Shown piece by piece: positions 40,771 through 50,083 of a stretch of DNA of 64,000 nucleotides (position 1 is its first letter; each line of letters starts with the position of its first letter). The stretch covers positions 1-64,000 of the forward strand of contig CAWJQI010000001.1 in the NCBI GenBank assembly GCA_963845085.1, written 5' to 3'. Source of the stretch: Candidatus Fermentibacterota bacterium. Its GTDB lineage: Bacteria > Fermentibacterota > Fermentibacteria > Fermentibacterales > JCC-6. The position numbers and the translations under genes were made by a program. The notes below the pieces were generated by a model. It saw only the letters and a list, made by a program, of their open reading frames with translations, searched no databases and had not been told where the DNA came from.

Positions 40771-41003
40771 GAAACACCTCCACAAATAGAGTGTGAAAGG
40801 TAGTTTGAAGATGGGAAAGATTAACAGCATTCCACAGGGCGTCAAGCAAAAGCTACAGAGCATTCCGCAGCCGCCCTCATCCCCTACCGCCGTGCAGCAC
40901 TCTTCCTCGTGATCCTCGGGCTGAAAGTCCTCCTGGGTCAAAGCAAGTCTTGGGCAAAGGCCACCGTTTTCACAGCAGCCCCCACCCTGCCAGGATGAGA
41001 AGG

Positions 41004-41357
41004 TTAGCTCGCTTCCTTCATCTCCACCCGGATGCAGTCCACGATCTCCCCGAAAGCCTCGCAGGTCGTGGGCTTCAGGACGATCCTCTCACCCGGCCAG
41101 TTGATGGCCTTGGGCTCGTGGAGAACCTTCGCAACGGCCTTGGCGTTGGTCTTGTTCAGGATCAGCTCCTTCTCGGTCTCCCTGAACCGGAGGATGTACT
41201 TCTCGGCCTTCTGGCCCGTGGCCATCTGAACCTTGTCCCTCAGGACCTCGGAGATGGTCAGGGACACGGGCTTCCCCTCGAAGTCCGCTGCCCGCAGGTA
41301 GCGGCTGGGGAACATCAGGTCAACGTGGAACTCAGGGTTGTCGTTCTTCTTCGGCAT
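41004..41357 (-). CDS. Phage-like protein (possible ssDNA-binding/annealing partner)
   Basis: FPSRYLRAADF...LILNKTNA...WPGERIVL...DCIRV; directly downstream of the RecE-like nuclease. Confidence 0.65.
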   Translation of the reverse strand: MPKKNDNPEFHVDLMFPSRYLRAADFEGKPVSLTISEVLRDKVQMATGQKAEKYILRFRETEKELILNKTNAKAVAKVLHEPKAINWPGERIVLKPTTCEAFGEIVDCIRVEMKEAS

Positions 41358-41358
41358 C

Positions 41359-42218
41359 TCATTCCTCCACACCGTCGAAATCGACGGCTTCGTTGTCTGT
41401 TACAGCCCACGCCGGGGCTGCGAGTTCTGATTCCACAGGCCCGGGTCCCGGCCATTTCCCGGAAGCGGTGCACTCCTTCACCTGCCGGAGCCAGCCGATG
41501 TACTCCTCCCGCGCCCTGTCCAGGGAGTCCTCTTCCAGCCAGTAGAGTCGGCAGGCGTGGGGAGGATCCTTCTCCACGGCGATGATGCCGCAGCGCAGGA
41601 GAACACCCTTGCCGGAGGATGACGGCGTAGGCTTCCTGGTACATGGCTGGCCTGGTGGAAGTAGCCCAGGTTCCAGGCATGGGCGGAGAAGGTTCTGGGA
41701 TCGATGGAGCTGGTGGTCTTCAGATCAAGGATGGCTCCCTCTACTGAGATCCAGTCCAGCCTCCCCTTGCAGGCCAGCCCCGTCGGCGGGATTGTTCCAG
41801 AACAGGCTGACCTCTGGGAAGCCCTTCTCGAGCAGGGCGGCCACTTCGGGGGTTCCCCTGACGGAGTTCCTTATGGCCAGGGCGGTGTTGTACTCGGACT
41901 CCCTCAGGATGGAGCGCCCCTGCATCGTTGCCTCGTCTGCAAACTGCTGATAAGCGTTGCCCCTGCGGTCTCCCGGCCATAGGGCGTAAGTCGAGCTGGA
42001 ACCTCTCGGGCTCGAAGACTGCAGTGTGGGTCGCCCTTCCCAGAAGCATGGCCGGTGTCTCCGCCGGAGGGTGTCTGAAGGGCGTACTGGTAATGAAGCG
42101 GGCTCTTCGCCATGTGCTTCAGCGTGGAGAAGTTGATCCCCACGGCAGCGGCGTAGTCGGCGAACCGCATCTGCAGCCCGGGCCGCTTCGTTTTTGGGAC
42201 GAGTGTTCTGGTTGCCAC
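41359..42218 (-). pseudogene. RecE/exonuclease VIII-like PD-(D/E)xK nuclease (DUF3799), frameshifted
   Basis: INFSTLKHMAKSPLHY, MLLGRATHTAVFEP, PEVSLFW, DLKTTS, VEKDPPH, WPG across frames. Confidence 0.8.
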
Positions 42219-42231
42219 GGCAACCTCCGTT

Positions 42232-42450
42232 CTATTCTGTGTCGGCGCCCAGCTCTTCCGCTGTGAAGGCTCCCACCTCGGGCCTCATGCCGTCCTGGAC
42301 AAGAAGCCAGAACACACCGTCGGCCCTGTGGATGACACCCTCTGCTGTGAGCCGGATGGCTTTGATCTGAACTGCTTCCCAGGAATCCAAGGGACCGCCG
42401 ATGATTTCCGGATCGACCCCTCCCCGGGCCAGGAGCAGATAGTAGTTCAT
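42232..42450 (-). CDS. Hypothetical protein
   Basis: 72 aa, ATGA-coupled to the ykvA-like gene. Confidence 0.55.
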   Translation of the reverse strand: MNYYLLLARGGVDPEIIGGPLDSWEAVQIKAIRLTAEGVIHRADGVFWLLVQDGMRPEVGAFTAEELGADTE

Positions 42451-42818
42451 CTGGTTCGCCTTCCCTTCTTCCTCCACTTGGAGAACCTTTCCAGATCACG
42501 GGCACACATGCTGGCTGCCGTTGATATCACAGCGATGTCATCGAGGTAGCCGGCGACTGGAATGAAGTCGGGGATCAGGTCCATGACCCAGATCAGGTAG
42601 AGGATTGCCGCAACGATGGTCACTATCACTTCCACCGAGGCCTTGTACTCCCCATGAGAAGTGGCACTGATGTACTCCAGGAACTCGAGGATCTGATCGA
42701 ACACAGGGTCCAGTGAGGGGTTGCTGATGATCCCTTGTACCCGCTTCGTTTCCTCTCTGGTAAGGTATTGCCGGCCCTTGCAGAGAATCGTCTTGAACTT
42801 GTTCCATGCTTGTTTCAT
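42447..42818 (-). CDS. YkvA/DUF1232 family membrane protein
   Basis: AAILYLIWVMDLIPDFIPVAGYLDDIAVI; GGAGG ribosome-binding site. Confidence 0.85.
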   Translation of the reverse strand: MKQAWNKFKTILCKGRQYLTREETKRVQGIISNPSLDPVFDQILEFLEYISATSHGEYKASVEVIVTIVAAILYLIWVMDLIPDFIPVAGYLDDIAVISTAASMCARDLERFSKWRKKGRRTR

Positions 42819-43023
42819 GGGCACCTCCGGGCAATTGCTTCGCCCGGGCTCACTGCCCGCACCCGCGTAAGGGTTCCCCCGGGCCTGAACGCAGGTACAA
42901 ACCCACATCAGGCCCCAAAGGGGTCTCTCAGGTCATGTGCGTGATTACTTTGGCCTTTGAGAAGCGGGCAGTATGGAATGAGCCCGGACGGGCGTGAAGA
43001 CTTCTGAGAGCCTTGAATGAGAC

Positions 43024-43827
43024 TCAGGCGGCGAGTTTGTCCACGAGGTTGCCCAGGAAGTAGTCGCCGACCTGCTTCGGAGGTGGTGATGAGGGCCCGG
43101 CCCCTGCCGTTGTAGGTGAGGCGGTGGGTCATCTCCTGCATGAGGTCCCAGAGGGTGTGGGCGTTGCCGAGGTTCTGGACGATGGGACCCCAGTCCCTGT
43201 TGGGCAGGGAAACGTTCTTCGCCACGGTGGCCAGGGTCTTGAGGTTCAGGCGGATTTTGGAGAGTGTGGCGATACGAGGAGCGATCTCTTCAAGGGAAGC
43301 AACGCCGTTCTGGATGACGGAGACAGCTTCCTTGAGATCGAAGCCTTGAGCAGCGGTGTGCTTCAAGGCATAGGTCGAGAAGTACCGAGGGCTCATCAGG
43401 CCATTGGTGCAGCTCAAAACGAAGGCCATCAACACGATCCTGAATTTGGCCGAGCCGTCGTAGGAATTCTCGACTCTCAGGCCGAGACGAGACGGCATCG
43501 CCAACTTCCGGGAGCTCGACGATCTGGTCGCTGCGGTAGAGGGTGGAGAGGAACCGACCTGTCCATATCGTCTTCTCCTCCACCCACCTCCACTTGGAAA
43601 GGGAAGTGATCTCCCGGGCTGTCTGCTGGGCCAGGCTGTTGGAGATGAGCTGATAGCCCTGGCTGTGGATGTTGATGCACTCCCAGGTGCCGTTGTCGTT
43701 GAGGATCTCGACACCCACCTGGGGGACGGCTTCCCCGTTCACGGAGACGGGGGCCAGCCTAACGGGGGCGAAGGGATCCGTCACGTTCAACTGTGCTCCG
43801 AATCGGAGCGAGCTTGTTACTGGTCAT
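43024..43827 (-). pseudogene. DUF932 family phage/plasmid protein, frameshifted
   Basis: HSQGYQLISN, ENSYDGS, VLSCTNGLM, LKHT, TLWDLMQEMT. Confidence 0.75.
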
Positions 43828-43838
43828 GAGAACTCCTT

Positions 43839-43937
43839 TCAGCGCCGGCTGAAACGCCGGGCAACATCACTGGCCGTGCGGGCCATGGTGATGATGGTTT
43901 TGAGGGCCAAAGCGATCCTGAGTATGGGAACGTGCAT
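43839..43937 (-). CDS. 32-aa small protein (not in the ORF track)
   Basis: AAAGGAG ribosome-binding site, MHVPILRIALALKTIITMARTASDVARRFSRR*; its stop abuts the next gene's AAGGAG. Confidence 0.5.
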   Translation of the reverse strand: MHVPILRIALALKTIITMARTASDVARRFSRR

Positions 43938-44460
43938 AGGAGACTCCTTTTGTAAGTGGTCATCTACATTATATTTATAACGTATAATGGGGGGTTTGCT
44001 GGTCGACAGCAAAGATGGGACTGAGGAAGCGAGTCCGATAAGGAAGATGGACTGCGACTACCGAAGACCCATATGTGCCTTAGGCGGTCTAGCGCCGGAT
44101 GAGTATGCTGCAAGCCAATGTCTGGAAGCGGAATATGTATGTTGAAACAACGATTCCTAACCCTGCGGAGGGTCTACCTTTTGGCAAAGGCGCAGAGAAA
44201 TATTATACTAATCAGTAATGTCTTTTAAAAATAGGGAAAACTAGAGATAGTGAAAAAGGCAAATGTTGATTTGCTACCTAATCTAAATCACTACTAATGT
44301 AAGTGCAGTGGCGAAAGAGATTACAGTGAGAATACTTAACGGAAGAATTACTTGGAAGCAATACTATAGCAACGAAATCCTAAACATCGATAATGTGTCT
44401 TTAGAACCATTAATATGACATTGTTCAATATCTGTTGTCCAAAAGAAATGGAGAATTAGT

Positions 44461-45267
44461 ATGCAACATGTATGTAGGTACCATAGCGGGTTACTTATAA
44501 TATGCATTATTCTTTTTATTTCAATATCAGCATCTGCATATAGATTTGCATATGATGAAGATAATGACATCATTATTGATACACTCAATGATCGGCAATG
44601 GAAAATCGCACCATACTCGAACAGCTGTACTCGCGTCGAAGCCAATGAATGGTGTCGTAACCTTGAGGGCAATTGGTATTTGCCTTCTGTAGCACTACTA
44701 AATGATCTTTATTGGTCGGGTATAACTGCGCGAGATTGGGGATATTTTGATATAAATCTTAACGGATCATCAATGTCATTTGTTTGGTCTTCTGATCGCG
44801 GTACATCTACCGATTTTTTGGTGAAGGCATATGACTTTGCTAGTGGCCAGGCCAGTGAAGTGTATTCTAATGTGGAATATGCTTGTAGAGTATTTGCAGT
44901 GAGACGAACCCCTGGCGATATCAACAGATTTGTTGAATATGATGATTCATTTCTTGACACTGTTACGGGATTTGAGTGGATGGTATACGAAATTAGCCCT
45001 TGTACATGGACAGAAGCTGAAATCTACATCAATAGTATTGGCAATGGGTGGAGAATGCCAACAAACAATCAATATATGGAATTATATGAAGCTACAATAG
45101 GGATAGAGTCTGAAGGACCTTTAGGGGAAGTTAAGAATACTTTTTGGTCTTGTACAACTGAAGGGTTGAGGGATCCATCAGTAGCCTTTGTGTTTTGCAT
45201 GTCTTTTGGCTCAAGCTTTGTTTTCCGGATAGATAGAGATGTAGCTAGTGTTTGTGTAATTCGATAG
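44461..45267 (+). CDS. Secreted protein with two DUF1566/Lcl-like (C-lectin fold) domains, AT-rich
   Basis: Signal peptide; IDTLNDRQW...WYLPS...VWSS...VFAVR and LDTVTGFEW...WRMPT...FWS...VCVIR. Confidence 0.75.
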   Translation: MQHVCRYHSGLLIICIILFISISASAYRFAYDEDNDIIIDTLNDRQWKIAPYSNSCTRVEANEWCRNLEGNWYLPSVALLNDLYWSGITARDWGYFDINLNGSSMSFVWSSDRGTSTDFLVKAYDFASGQASEVYSNVEYACRVFAVRRTPGDINRFVEYDDSFLDTVTGFEWMVYEISPCTWTEAEIYINSIGNGWRMPTNNQYMELYEATIGIESEGPLGEVKNTFWSCTTEGLRDPSVAFVFCMSFGSSFVFRIDRDVASVCVIR

Positions 45268-45338
45268 TGATAAGTAAAATGAATAGCAATGAACAAAAAT
45301 GCATTTTTATAGTGTAAGGTCCATGAGATCTCATATGC

Positions 45339-45472
45339 TGTGGTCATCCCCTCTATAACTGGTCCAATCGGACTAACACAAAGTCTTAGATTAACATACG
45401 GGGGTGGACAGATCATGAAGCGGCATTCGAACGAGCAGATAGCCTTTGTGCTGAGGCAGGCAGAGAGCGGTG
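45339..45472 (+). mobile_element. IS3-family left-end remnant
   Basis: TG-start terminal-repeat-like sequence, then MKRHSNEQIAFVLRQAESG (orfA start), truncated. Confidence 0.65.
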
Positions 45473-45610
45473 ACCAACCTTCACATTTCCCTACATTTTT
45501 CAATATTGCCCTGGTTGAGGTTCAGCATAGTATGTGGTATGCTTCCTTGCCTCGGCAGCAGGTGTCAACGCCGGTTATGAATGCTACAGATTGTCGACTT
45601 GGATGCGTCA

Positions 45611-45946
45611 CTACCTGTGTCTCCTCACCCCCCTCTCCGTCACCAGGCGTCGATCCCAGTGGTCACCCATCGCCAGAACCCTTTCGATCTCAATCCTGGG
45701 CAAGTCGAGTAGGGATAACCGTTGAGTAACCCTGGCCCTTGACAGCCCGTGCCTTCTGGCCAGTTCAGCCCTGGAGATACCGTCGCGCTTCAGTTCATCA
45801 GCGAGTTCGAGGGCGATTACCATGGGATTGCGGAATGTTTTCGTGATTTCAGCTCGGATTCGGTGGCCGGAATGATTCTGATGATGGTGAAACCCGGGCT
45901 GAGAATTTCGAGCGGGTACGATACGAGGCGCCAATTCGCTACCCAC
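45611..45946 (-). CDS. HTH protein of the type found beside large serine recombinase att sites (start uncertain)
   Basis: GISRAELARRHGLSRARVTQRLSLLDLP...VTERGVR. Confidence 0.55.
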   Translation of the reverse strand: MGSELAPRIVPARNSQPGFHHHQNHSGHRIRAEITKTFRNPMVIALELADELKRDGISRAELARRHGLSRARVTQRLSLLDLPRIEIERVLAMGDHWDRRLVTERGVRRHR

Positions 45947-46061
45947 TCGAAGGGTTCATCACCATTAAGGGGGGCATCCCTTGCCTTAAATCACGATTTC
46001 AGTGCAGCAGAACACAAGTCTCTGTGTCCATCTCACCTCCCGAAACAACCCTGCATTGGCC

Positions 46062-46200
46062 TTGGTGATGGCAACACGAGTATCCGCTTCCCGCACTATC
46101 GCCACGATCTGGGTTTCCGTGAATCTGGACTGCTTCATCCCGACCTCCTGGGTTGGCAGGAGGTCTCACTCTAACAAATGCCCCAAACCGGAAGCCTACG
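46062..46200 (-). mobile_element. Truncated relative of the 8819..10015 IS (left end plus orfA start)
   Basis: CGTAGGCTTCC...ATGAAGCAGTCCAGATTCACGGAAACCCAGATCGTGGCG, highly similar to 8819..8960. Confidence 0.9.
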
Positions 46201-46285
46201 ACCCTAGTGAGGATGAATCCATTGCCCAACCCAAACATCCACTTAAGTATTGATTTTTGAATCCTATCCTTTTCATTTCATGCTT

Positions 46286-46345
46286 GCACAACGCTTAGTA
46301 TCAGTGGCGGTGCGAAGCGCCGTCCGTTGCATGCTATTGTTGGGC
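46286..46345 (-). other. Integron attC site (60 bp)
   Basis: GCCCAAC-AATAG-CATGCAAC-GGACGGCGCTTCGCACCGCC-ACTGATA-CTAAGC-GTTGTGC; canonical 5/6-nt spacers and central hairpin; contains the stop of the last gene; L boxes have mismatches. Confidence 0.8.
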
Positions 46346-47326
46346 GACTGAAGCTTGGATGTTCCACTTTGGCGGATACCACTGAGGGACCGGCGACTGG
46401 CGCGGCGTGAACTTCTGCTTGATGCGGGTTCGTCCTGATTCTCCGTCGATCTCGGGATGCGCGACACGCGCGTACTTGCTGACCTCGCAGAACACGTTCT
46501 GACAATCGATGAGCTGCAGGCTACGTCCCCAAAGGCTCTGGAACTTCATACCCAGCCTCTTGAACTCGTCGTCCGCACGCTCGGCCATAACCTGGATGAT
46601 CTCCGCCTCCGTCAGGCCCGCCGTGTCTTTGAAGCACTTCCGGATTCCGTCCCGTGCGCCAGGCCCCGCGACGACAAAGTCCATCTCCGAGAAGTCAGTC
46701 AGCTCGCTGTAGTTGAGGTCGATCGCGAACTGGAACGCGAGAAAGTCCCCCAACGACGGATAGCCGCGCAGTAACTCGAACGCTGCTCGCAGCGAAGTCG
46801 TCTTCGGGAGCTTCCTTGGGGCTCCGTCAGCCATCATGTACTCGACGAGCCGCAGGTGGTTCCGGTGCTTCCGTGGGCTCCCGAACGCTGGCGAGGGCAT
46901 GATGTACGCGGCAGAGTAGACGCGCTGCCCGTCTTCAATCAGCCGATCCAGCACCTTCGCGTAAGTATCGAAGGCAAACTCTCGCCAGCACAGTGCACCG
47001 AGCTTCGTGCGGAGTGCTTCCCACGTCTCGATCTTGTTGAAGAGCTTGAACAGGATCGTTCGAAAGAAGACCTCCTCTGCCTTCTGCGAGCCTTCATAGA
47101 TCACGTGACGGATCAAGTACTGACTCACCCGGTCTGATGCACGATACGTGTTCGTGAACCGATGCACGCGGAGGATCGGGTCATCGGTCCACGGCGGCAT
47201 GCTGCCCAGCACGCGGCGCATGAACATCTCCTGACGCTCCGAAGCGAAGCGCCAGTACGTGTCGAATACGGGTGTCGTCTTGAGCACACGCCCGCCTTGA
47301 AGCCGGATCTCGTAGGGCGTTGGCAT
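46334..47326 (-). CDS. aGPT-PPlase clade 1 / 5-hmdU DNA kinase helical-domain family protein
   Basis: ERQEMFMRR..G..PPWTDDPILRVHRFTNTYRASDRVS, LFKLFNKIETW, YSAAYIM, GDFLAFQFAIDLNYS, GPGARDG, DCQNVFCEVSKY. Confidence 0.8.
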   Translation of the reverse strand: MPTPYEIRLQGGRVLKTTPVFDTYWRFASERQEMFMRRVLGSMPPWTDDPILRVHRFTNTYRASDRVSQYLIRHVIYEGSQKAEEVFFRTILFKLFNKIETWEALRTKLGALCWREFAFDTYAKVLDRLIEDGQRVYSAAYIMPSPAFGSPRKHRNHLRLVEYMMADGAPRKLPKTTSLRAAFELLRGYPSLGDFLAFQFAIDLNYSELTDFSEMDFVVAGPGARDGIRKCFKDTAGLTEAEIIQVMAERADDEFKRLGMKFQSLWGRSLQLIDCQNVFCEVSKYARVAHPEIDGESGRTRIKQKFTPRQSPVPQWYPPKWNIQASVAQQ

Positions 47327-47328
47327 AC

Positions 47329-47886
47329 TTAATCGTTCCACTCGGTGCCCGTGCGGTTCTTGCCGAACGAGTCCCTTGAGTTGTCGGGCAACTCGCGGCT
47401 CTTCCGCAGATAAGCCTCATGAATCCACCCTTGCACGGATTCGGCGTCCTCCGACCAGTTGTGGATGCTCGCGAACCCGCACTTGATGTTGTCGTAGAGC
47501 CGCGGCGGGATCGTTCCGCGGTTGTACTTCAGCCGATCGACACGACCATAGTGCTTGTCGTAGGTCGGAAGCAGGATGCCGAGGAGCCCCGAGCGCGGGT
47601 TTGCCTTTGTGTCTCGGATCGACGAACCGATCTCCCAGTCGACATGCTTTCGCTGCCACGTAAGCGCGCCGATTAGTACGACAGTTACTGATGTGTCCCG
47701 AAGGTACTCGTCTCGAATCTTCTGCCGGATGGTCTCGGTAGGTAGGTTGGGATCGATGTCGCCGACATTCACTGACCCAGGAACGATGGCTCCAAAACTG
47801 TTCCCGAAGCGGAGCTCGAAGATGTTCTTGTATGACTCGTCAAGCTCGTGGTGATAGCTAACGAACACCTTGTGCGTGTTACTCAT
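47329..47886 (-). CDS. ThsB-like TIR domain protein (DUF1863/MTH538)
   Basis: KVFVSYHH, IRQKIRDEYL..TSVTVVLIG..T.QRKHVDWEI (catalytic Glu retained). Confidence 0.85.
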   Translation of the reverse strand: MSNTHKVFVSYHHELDESYKNIFELRFGNSFGAIVPGSVNVGDIDPNLPTETIRQKIRDEYLRDTSVTVVLIGALTWQRKHVDWEIGSSIRDTKANPRSGLLGILLPTYDKHYGRVDRLKYNRGTIPPRLYDNIKCGFASIHNWSEDAESVQGWIHEAYLRKSRELPDNSRDSFGKNRTGTEWND

Positions 47887-48930
47887 GTGATTCCTCTCGA
47901 AGATGAAGGCAGCCCTTGTCTGGCCTGAACGCCGTGCACTCGCTCAAGCCAGGCAGACCAAACTTGAACAAGCTGCGGATTTGTACAATCAGCCATGAGT
48001 GCTTGGGAGTGATCCAACCGGCCACGCCGACGAGCCGAATCGGCAGCAAGCACGCGGAGTAGGTTGCGATAACCGACCGGGGCATCATCAATCGCGGCGA
48101 TATGGGAGACCTGTGTCTCGTTGAGCTCCGGCGCCGTAAGCATGGTCATCCGCCGATACATCTCGCTGACGAGTTGCTCACCTCGGTCGATGGGCAAGGC
48201 AAGTGAATCGGTGTTCCTCTCCTCGGCCACCGGAGCGCCACAGGAGAACTCATCCAGGGCATCAGCGTAGATATGGAGGCTGTCACTCCACTGGTGATAC
48301 CCGCCAAGCTCGAGGCCAAGCCATCCAGCCATTACCTCCTGCAAGAGAGTGAATTGTGTAAGGTTATTTGGCAGACCCCGAAAGACGTCGTTACTTCGCA
48401 GCACCTGTGTCCACTCGAGGCGTCCGTCGCGAACCTTCAGCATCGACATCATGTTGCACGGCACATCCGCACTGCGGGGCGCCCCGTCGGCATGCGGTAG
48501 GTCGGTAAGGACATCCCAGAACTGGAGAGCGACCTGTCGGCTCTTCGGATCTGAGGACAAAGCAGCGCACGCTCGCTTGACCTGGTCGACACCGAAGTGC
48601 TTCCGCAGACGGTGGCCGTAGGCCCCCGTCATAGGTGGACCCATGGCCCGCGAACTTGGGCAAGCTCCGAAACCAGTAGTTCAGGACGGCGGCATCGTTG
48701 CTGCCAGCCAGAATCCAGAGTGCATCAGCGATGGCGAAGGCTGGGTTGACCCCAGGCCGACGGGAGAGGACCCAGCGCTGGCGAGGATCTTCAACCTCGA
48801 GGCCAACGTGCAGAAGCTCCAGCGTATCTCCCACGCGGCTTGGCTGCTTCGCCTGTGCTGCGGTCGCAATGACTGCTGCATGGGCTTGACGCCAAACCCC
48901 GTCAGCCGTTCGCGCGCGAAAGGTCTCCAT
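47883..48930 (-). CDS. Thymidylate synthase / dUMP hydroxymethylase homolog (one extra G in a G-run at ~48625)
   Basis: NPAFAIA, G/AYGHRLR, SRQVALQFWD, DVPCN, LRSNDVFRGLPNN, SDSLHIY. Confidence 0.85.
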
Positions 48931-48932
48931 GA

Positions 48933-49595
48933 CTATTGTCTCGCCATCTTGCGTCCGCCGTTCTGGCAGCCCGGTTGTTGGCGAACGTGGCGCGCGAACT
49001 CCAGAGGATCGCCCTGGAAGCCCCACTTCCCCTGTTGCTCAAGCCAGCTCGCGAATGCAGTAGCGAGCTCGTCCTTGAAAACACGATAGCCTCGCGCCTT
49101 GCAGCAGATGTCCTGGTCTGTCTTGCGGAAGGGCCGAAAGTGCTCCGGGATCACCGGTGCGGCCTCTCCCCAGTAGACGAACTTCGTGCCGACGAGTACG
49201 CGATTCGTGCTTGTGTCCCAGGCGATGTTGGCCTTGTTGGGTCGGCCGTTCTCCAAGCTGTGGTGCGAGTCTGCCTGGACCCACCGCTTGCCTTCGCGGT
49301 GATAGATGTTGTCGCCGTAGATGACTTTGAGGCTGCCGTTCAGGTTTGGACGCTTTCGAAGGAATCGTGGATCGGTCCAATACTTCTCGAAGTCGAGGAC
49401 CTCGGCCACCTGCATCGCGTAGATGAGTCGGCCAGTGAAGTCATACCTCGACTTCGCGCCCGTCCCGATGATCCAGTCACCAACACTCGCACCGGCGCGG
49501 ATCCTTGGCTTACACGTCGCCAAAGTGCAGAACCCGTGGAACGGGTTCGGGGCGAATCCGAAGTCACGCGCGACGATGTACGAGTAAAGCCTCAT
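48933..49595 (-). CDS. Nucleotide modification associated domain 2 (Nmad2) protein
   Basis: MRLYSYIVARDFGFAPNPFHGFCTLATCKPRIR..A.VGDWIIG...LIYAMQV...GDNIY. Confidence 0.8.
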   Translation of the reverse strand: MRLYSYIVARDFGFAPNPFHGFCTLATCKPRIRAGASVGDWIIGTGAKSRYDFTGRLIYAMQVAEVLDFEKYWTDPRFLRKRPNLNGSLKVIYGDNIYHREGKRWVQADSHHSLENGRPNKANIAWDTSTNRVLVGTKFVYWGEAAPVIPEHFRPFRKTDQDICCKARGYRVFKDELATAFASWLEQQGKWGFQGDPLEFARHVRQQPGCQNGGRKMARQ

Positions 49596-50078
49596 CCGCA
49601 GGTATACCTCTTGCCTACCCAGACCGGTGTCGTGCGCGGGTTCCCCGTGGCGGGGTCGTCCCAACCGGTAATCTTGCCGTTGATCGCATCGACGACGCGA
49701 TCTCGCTTGCCAACCGACAACCGCAGCGTCGCCGTGCTTCCGAAGCTCGTCCGGGATGTCTGCGTCCGTCGCGCCCTGAGCGAACACGCCGACGACGTTC
49801 TTGCCCTGCTCGATGGCGTACTTGATCTCCCATTTCACCCAGTCGCTTTTCACCGTGTCGTGCGTGATTAGCACTGCTAGCGTGCTGGCCCACTGGATGC
49901 GGGGAGCGAGGATTTCGCGCTTGATGTATTCCTCGTTCGACGCCGCGTTGGGCTTATCGCTGTTGATCGACCCGTCGCGCACCTCCATCCCGGCCTTCGA
50001 GATGAGATCCTTCAGCTTCGGCAGAAGGTCGTCATCCTCGTGTACGTGAGAGATGAAGATGTTCTTCTTGTCCGCCAT
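49592..50078 (-). CDS. ThsB-like TIR domain protein (DUF1863), one extra base at ~49703
   Basis: NIFISHVHEDD...SDWVKWEI; after correction ends DRVVDAINGKITGWDDP...KRYTCG* with an ATGA overlap onto nmad2. Confidence 0.8.
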
Positions 50079-50083
50079 GCTCT

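Noticed and set aside
41004..43827. Prophage
   Set aside because: Only recombination-type genes; no terminase, capsid, tail or lysis genes
43970..44060. dif-like sites (ATAACGTATAA; AGTCCGATAA)
   Set aside because: Only one arm resembles a XerC site; no XerD arm at the 6-bp spacing
44461..45267. DUF1566 protein as a diversity-generating retroelement target
   Set aside because: No reverse transcriptase and no template/variable repeat pair differing at adenines was seen in the window
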